A stretch of DNA of 64,000 bases from Ignavibacteria bacterium (GTDB lineage Bacteria > Bacteroidota > Ignavibacteria > Kapaibacteriales > UBA961). Each line of letters opens with the position of its first letter. Within the stretch, counting starts at the first letter, position 1. This document shows positions 60,039 to 64,000 of this stretch, in pieces. The notes under the pieces are model-generated. The model was not told the DNA's origin. It was given only the letters and a program-made list of their open reading frames with translations, and ran no database searches. The translations under genes and the position numbers were made by a program. The stretch is taken from contig VGWD01000005.1 of assembly GCA_016873735.1 (NCBI GenBank), forward strand, positions 1,929 to 65,928. Reading direction: 5' to 3'.

Positions 60039-60637
60039 AAATTGGTATCATGGGGGGTACATTCAATCCTGTACATACAGGGCATATTGCTTTTGTTCGT
60101 GCATTTATTGATCAGATTCAACTTGATCAGTGTTTTATCATCCCCGCAAGACGGTCACCATTCAGAATGAATGAACCTTTGGCTGAAGACATGCATAGAC
60201 TGCAAATGTTGCAATTGGCTTTTACAGACATTCCTCATACCATTGTTTCTGATATTGAGATCAAAAGAGAGGGACTATCATTTACGATTGATACTGTGAA
60301 TGAAATTCAATCTCAATATCCCAGAGCAGAAATTTATCTACTCATTGGTGAAGATCAAGCGCATAGATTCAAAGAATGGAAGGAATGGAAAGAGTTGCTT
60401 CAACGTGTTCAATTATGCATCGTACAAAGAACTGAGGATGCCAATCTTCAAGAATTGATTCAACATTTGATACATGGTTTGAATGTGAATATGCCATGGA
60501 TCCTTAAGTCACCTCTATTTCATGTATCATCGACGCTGATACGAGATTCGATGTCCAATAACCAATCTATCACAGGTTATGTGCCGGAAACAGTCGAAGA
60601 ATACATTCATTCACATAAACTATATGTAAACACATGA
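60035..60637 (+). CDS. nadD: Nicotinate-nucleotide adenylyltransferase
   Basis: 'IGIMGGTFNPVHTGHIAF' is the (H/T)xGH nucleotidyltransferase motif. Confidence 0.85.
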   Translation: MKIGIMGGTFNPVHTGHIAFVRAFIDQIQLDQCFIIPARRSPFRMNEPLAEDMHRLQMLQLAFTDIPHTIVSDIEIKREGLSFTIDTVNEIQSQYPRAEIYLLIGEDQAHRFKEWKEWKELLQRVQLCIVQRTEDANLQELIQHLIHGLNVNMPWILKSPLFHVSSTLIRDSMSNNQSITGYVPETVEEYIHSHKLYVNT

Positions 60638-61320
60638 AAGATTTGACGGTCGTTCTCATGAGTGGAGGAATGGATTCCACGGTCTGTGCGGGAATTGCCT
60701 TGGAAAAAGGATTCGAAGTTTGTGCTTTGCATGTTCATTATGGGCAACGCACTGAGAAAAAGGAATCGGCATCTTTTTTACAAGTTTGTGAGTTTTACGG
60801 AATTCAGAAGCGTTTGGATATAGATATATCTCACCTTTCAAGAATAGGAGGCAGCAGCCTTACGGATAAAAATATGACGATAAGCACTGCAAATCTTGAA
60901 CATCACGGAATACCCACAAGTTATGTACCTTTTAGAAATGCAAATCTCCTTTCAATAGCAGTCAGTTGGGCGGAAGTGCTGGGTACGCATTCTATCTTCA
61001 TCGGGGCTGTTGAAGAAGATGGTAGTGGATATCCCGATTGCAGGCGTGTGTTCTTTGATGCATTTCAAAAGATGATTACCACAGGAACAAAACCTGGCAC
61101 TGATATCTGTATTGAAACGCCAATACTTCACATGAAAAAAAGTGATATAGTAAAGGAAGGAATAAGATTGAGAGCTCCTTTGCATCTTACTTGGAGCTGC
61201 TATGCAGAGAATGATATTGCATGCGGAGTTTGCGATTCATGTGCTCTACGCTTGCGAGGGTTTTCGCTTGCGGGAATCGAGGATCCAATTGAATATAAAC
61301 AAAGACCGAACTACAGATAA
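60634..61320 (+). CDS. queC: 7-cyano-7-deazaguanine synthase
   Basis: The PP-loop is 'VVLMSGGMDSTVCAGIA'. The C-terminal zinc motif is 'CGVCDSCALR'. Confidence 0.9.
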   Translation: MKDLTVVLMSGGMDSTVCAGIALEKGFEVCALHVHYGQRTEKKESASFLQVCEFYGIQKRLDIDISHLSRIGGSSLTDKNMTISTANLEHHGIPTSYVPFRNANLLSIAVSWAEVLGTHSIFIGAVEEDGSGYPDCRRVFFDAFQKMITTGTKPGTDICIETPILHMKKSDIVKEGIRLRAPLHLTWSCYAENDIACGVCDSCALRLRGFSLAGIEDPIEYKQRPNYR

Positions 61321-61323
61321 ATG

Positions 61324-61360
61324 AAAGGCCACTCATCGAGTGGCCTTTGTTTATTTCTTT
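61324..61360 (+). terminator. Intrinsic terminator after queC
   Basis: A perfect 11-bp stem AAAGGCCACTC/GAGTGGCCTTT with a 3-nt loop is followed by GTTTATTTCTTT. Confidence 0.65.
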
Positions 61361-61485
61361 ATGAAAGGGACCGAAATTAGAAAACCATCTGCATATAAGG
61401 ATAGGATATAATGCCCTGATGGAATCAAAGCATGTAATCCGGATAGCCCTGTACTATGACTTCCAAGATATTGATATCCTAAATC

Positions 61486-62150
61486 CTACTTGAACACTTG
61501 TTGTCCCAAAGTATTTATTATGGAATATGAAACATTGGCATTGAACGGCAAATGATATTCAATAATTGAATGTTCTTGAGGTGGAATAGGAAATATATTG
61601 ACAATCGAATTCTCCTGAATGCCGGTGGTAGACGAAACAATCAATTGTGTGTGCTGCATATAATTCCATTCATCTCCGCTATCACCATAATTTCTATTGA
61701 CTGCATTGACTGTCGCCATTAAATAATAAGTACCCTCTTATGTAGGAGCGGTCCAGGTGAATGTAAACTCTGCTCTACCACTAGAAATGTCTTTTGGTAA
61801 TGATTGAACCAATTCAGAAGCTGAATTCTTTAGATCTTGTCCCGCAATAACTTCCAATGTTCCAAAATTGGTATTTGAATTCGGTGCGGATTTAACTCCG
61901 ATATTAACTCCTGCAGCTACTTTGGATGGATGTGCAACAACTGCAGTTAGTTCTAATTTAGTACCCGGCTTTACGGTTAAAGATCCGGTTTTGCTTACCA
62001 TGGAAATTATCGTATTGGAGGAATATGCTCCATGACAACCACCACAGCCCCCTTAGCTTGCTACAGTTTCCCAGTGATTCCTGCAGGATATGCAAACAAC
62101 ATAGTAGAAGAACTAAAAAGTATAAACAAACTGTACAAAATGTGTTTCAT
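61486..62150 (-). pseudogene. Disrupted third copy of the reeler-like T9SS protein family (frameshifts/stop)
   Basis: Three consecutive reading-frame pieces are visible on the minus strand. The first is the signal peptide MKHILYSLFILFSSSTMLFAYPAGITGKL*. The second, in another frame, is ...GGCGGCHGAYSSNTIISMVSKTGSLTVKPG...GRAEFTFTWTAPT*. The third, in another frame, is a CTD-like tail ...NVSYSIINTLGQQVFK. The 'FTFTWTAP' and 'GCH' blocks align with the genes at 26108-27813. Confidence 0.45.
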
Positions 62151-62164
62151 GATTTACCTTCAAT

Positions 62165-62812
62165 TTAGTTTGACTCATTTCCAAACAATTTGATGTCAAG
62201 ATCAATGTTTTCACCAACTTTACTACCAATTATGTCGCCTTTTCCAAGAACATTAAAATCTTTAAGTGAAACTGAAAAATCAGCATCAACCATTACAAGA
62301 TCACCTTCTGCTCTTTTTTTTGTGGCATCGGATTCAAATACATATTTGACATATACTTTTGCCTTTGCATATTTAGATACACCTTTCAAAGTGCATTGTC
62401 CTTCTGCCATGGCTGAAAATTCTATTCCGGTATTGTCTGATTTCTTGATCGCGATCCCCGTAAATTTCTTTACATCAAAAGTGACCATTGGATATGACTT
62501 CGCATCAAGCCAATCTTTTCCATACATGTGATCATCACGTTTGGATAGACCGGTTTTCATGGAATTTACTGGGAATGAGATTTGCCCTGTACTCTGTTCC
62601 AGTTGTTCTGCAACCAGGGTGAATGAACCTTGCAGTAATTGAGAATTCCCCTCAAATTTCTCCAAAGGGGAATTGCTGTAAAACTTGACGATTGATGTTC
62701 CAACAGCTTTATTGAGGGTTATTTGTTTCTTGCCTTTTACATTTCCGAGCTGCGTGGCTTTCAATTCTAAGGATGCAATAATTATTATGCAAAGTATAAT
62801 GAATGATTTCAT
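62165..62812 (-). CDS. YceI-like periplasmic polyisoprenoid-binding-fold protein
   Basis: It has a signal peptide. 'SFPVNSMKTGLSKRDDHMYGKDWLDAKSYPMVTFDVKKF' matches the YceI lipocalin-like signature. Confidence 0.6.
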   Translation of the reverse strand: MKSFIILCIIIIASLELKATQLGNVKGKKQITLNKAVGTSIVKFYSNSPLEKFEGNSQLLQGSFTLVAEQLEQSTGQISFPVNSMKTGLSKRDDHMYGKDWLDAKSYPMVTFDVKKFTGIAIKKSDNTGIEFSAMAEGQCTLKGVSKYAKAKVYVKYVFESDATKKRAEGDLVMVDADFSVSLKDFNVLGKGDIIGSKVGENIDLDIKLFGNESN

Positions 62813-63120
62813 GATAATGATTTGGAGGATTTGGAAATTTTACGTTGAGCAATCGCAATTGTTAGTATGGCAATTACAAAGTAGAATGACAGTGATCTAA
62901 AAGGTTGAAGAGGGTCATCGGGTAATAGGCCAAATTGAAAATCTTCAACCCATTCTCGCTTTTCGATTATAGTACCGAAGATATCATCTTTTTGAAGGGT
63001 GACTTTTTCCGACTTATCTTTTGTAAAAATCTGAAATCCATCGTTCATCCATAGTCCGGAAAGTGAAAGAATTACGATGAAAAGACCTATTTGCAGAATT
63101 CGCCAGCGGGACATAATCAA
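62809..63120 (-). CDS. Small two-TM membrane protein, function unknown
   Basis: It is 103 aa with two hydrophobic helices. It overlaps the yceI-like start by 4 nt. Confidence 0.3.
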   Translation of the reverse strand: MIMSRWRILQIGLFIVILSLSGLWMNDGFQIFTKDKSEKVTLQKDDIFGTIIEKREWVEDFQFGLLPDDPLQPFRSLSFYFVIAILTIAIAQRKISKSSKSLS

Positions 63121-63171
63121 CCTCCAATGATGACAAATACAGTAATACTATCGCAAAGTTACATAAGTGCT

Positions 63172-64000
63172 TTACGATAATATGTCTTTTTTAACTATGA
63201 CAAAGAGGGTAATGAGAAGGGAAGCAACGGAATGTCCGCCTAAAACCCACGTTGAGAGGAGAATTCTATCCACAGGGACGGTTTCTTCAAAAAACAGTCT
63301 CCAGGATATCAGGTGATTGGTAAACAAAAGGTATTTCACATCTTTGATGAATCCGGCATCTAAAGCAGATATTATGGTAAATACAATGATGATTGCCATT
63401 GTCATTGCAATCGGACCAATAGAATTTTCAACCAATGCTGAAAACATGAAAGCAATCGAAGCAACAGTGGACATGCTTAATATACCGAAGAGATAAGCAT
63501 ATCCGAATCTCCACAAAATGTCATCCTTTTGGAGCACGGTAATGGAGCTTGAAACAATGAATAACTCCCCGGATCCGAATAGTAAAAAACTTAGCCCCAT
63601 TGACAATAAAGACATCCATGCTATAAGACCAATGGTATACAATAAAGCCGCACTATATTTAGCAAGGACGATGGTATGTCTAGAAACAGGTCTTGAGAAA
63701 AGCAATCTATATGTTCCACCCGTAGCTTCGCCGGCTAACATGTCACCTGCAACGAGCGTAACCAATAAAGGTACATGGACCAATAAACTCTGCAAAACAA
63801 CAAATGCTATCAAATACCCATTGAGAAATGTCCCGGTAAAACTGAACTGTTGTTGCAAACCTTGTGTGAACAAACCGAAATAGGCTTCTCCTTCACTATA
63901 CATGGCCGCCTGAACTATTGGGACAAGAATTGTAATAGCGCCAAATCCGATATATGATCTTCCTTTGGAGAAGATTTTCAACAATTCAATTGACAATACT
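63172..64000 (-). CDS. ABC-2 type transporter permease, possibly running off the window edge
   Basis: It has six predicted TM helices. The ORF-track start is a TTG 4 nt from the window end, so the true N-terminus may lie beyond the window. Confidence 0.55.
   Translation of the reverse strand, partial: VLSIELLKIFSKGRSYIGFGAITILVPIVQAAMYSEGEAYFGLFTQGLQQQFSFTGTFLNGYLIAFVVLQSLLVHVPLLVTLVAGDMLAGEATGGTYRLLFSRPVSRHTIVLAKYSAALLYTIGLIAWMSLLSMGLSFLLFGSGELFIVSSSITVLQKDDILWRFGYAYLFGILSMSTVASIAFMFSALVENSIGPIAMTMAIIIVFTIISALDAGFIKDVKYLLFTNHLISWRLFFEETVPVDRILLSTWVLGGHSVASLLITLFVIVKKDILS

Noticed and set aside
62040-62056. CGGCH in the pseudogene as proof that the whole reeler-like family is c-type cytochromes.
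   Set aside because: The two intact paralogs have C-x4-CH rather than CxxCH. A single CxxCH in a frameshifted copy is weak evidence, so it is reported only as a possibility.
1-64000. Prophage, transposon or insertion-sequence elements and toxin-antitoxin or restriction-modification systems.
   Set aside because: No integrase, transposase, terminal inverted repeats, methyltransferase/restriction pairs or small toxin/antitoxin ORF pairs were recognised. Gene content is overwhelmingly housekeeping.

Overview
This 64 kb window is dense (>90% coding), AT-rich (about 38-40% GC) chromosomal DNA. It appears to come from an FCB-group (Bacteroidota/Ignavibacteriota-like) bacterium. The evidence is several predicted cargo proteins with type IX secretion (T9SS) C-terminal sorting domains, and Bacteroidota-type promoter -7 elements (TAnnTTTG) 15-50 nt upstream of many start codons. 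Most of the window is core housekeeping. Genes include tgt-yajC-ribBA, greA, a long minus-strand operon rimP-nusA-infB-rbfA-truB-ribF-(lipoyl transferase)-(endonuclease I)-rsmI, adk, tpiA, dprA, type-2 IPP isomerase, mrp/apbC+nfu, panD, a fused 2-oxoacid dehydrogenase E1 alpha/beta, glyA, rpoN, gdh, hppD, hisC-like, mqnA-like, psd, lnt, nadD, queC and one tRNA-Val(UAC). No mobile elements, CRISPR arrays, rRNA genes or classical defence systems were found. The most unusual items are these. (1) The rsmI gene (16S rRNA 2'-O-methyltransferase) carries an about 200-aa C-terminal tail built from about 15 near-identical 24-nt tandem repeats encoding (K-K-R-E-D-G-G-Y)n. It is translationally coupled (TAATG) to a T9SS-secreted endonuclease I gene inside the ribosome-biogenesis operon. 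(2) A small family of secreted T9SS proteins has a reeler-like N-terminal domain with a conserved GAPGE-x-TCA-x-SGCH motif (Cys-x5-His). There are two tandem intact copies and a third, frameshifted copy 34 kb away. (3) A three-gene overlapping operon encodes a MerR-like HTH protein, a signal-peptide WD40 beta-propeller and a CarboxypepD_reg+OmpA-like protein. (4) An ECF sigma / anti-sigma / LTXXQ (CpxP/Spy-like) envelope-stress module. (5) A possible orphan paaC homolog, a stand-alone GlmU uridyltransferase domain, an orphan PhnE-like permease and an unannotated DUF2256 mini-protein. I cannot see a compact, clearly novel multi-gene 'system'. The rsmI repeat tail with the coupled extracellular nuclease, and the reeler-like CxnCH family, are the best candidates for something undescribed. 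All functional calls are by eye from translated sequence and should be confirmed with HMM searches.
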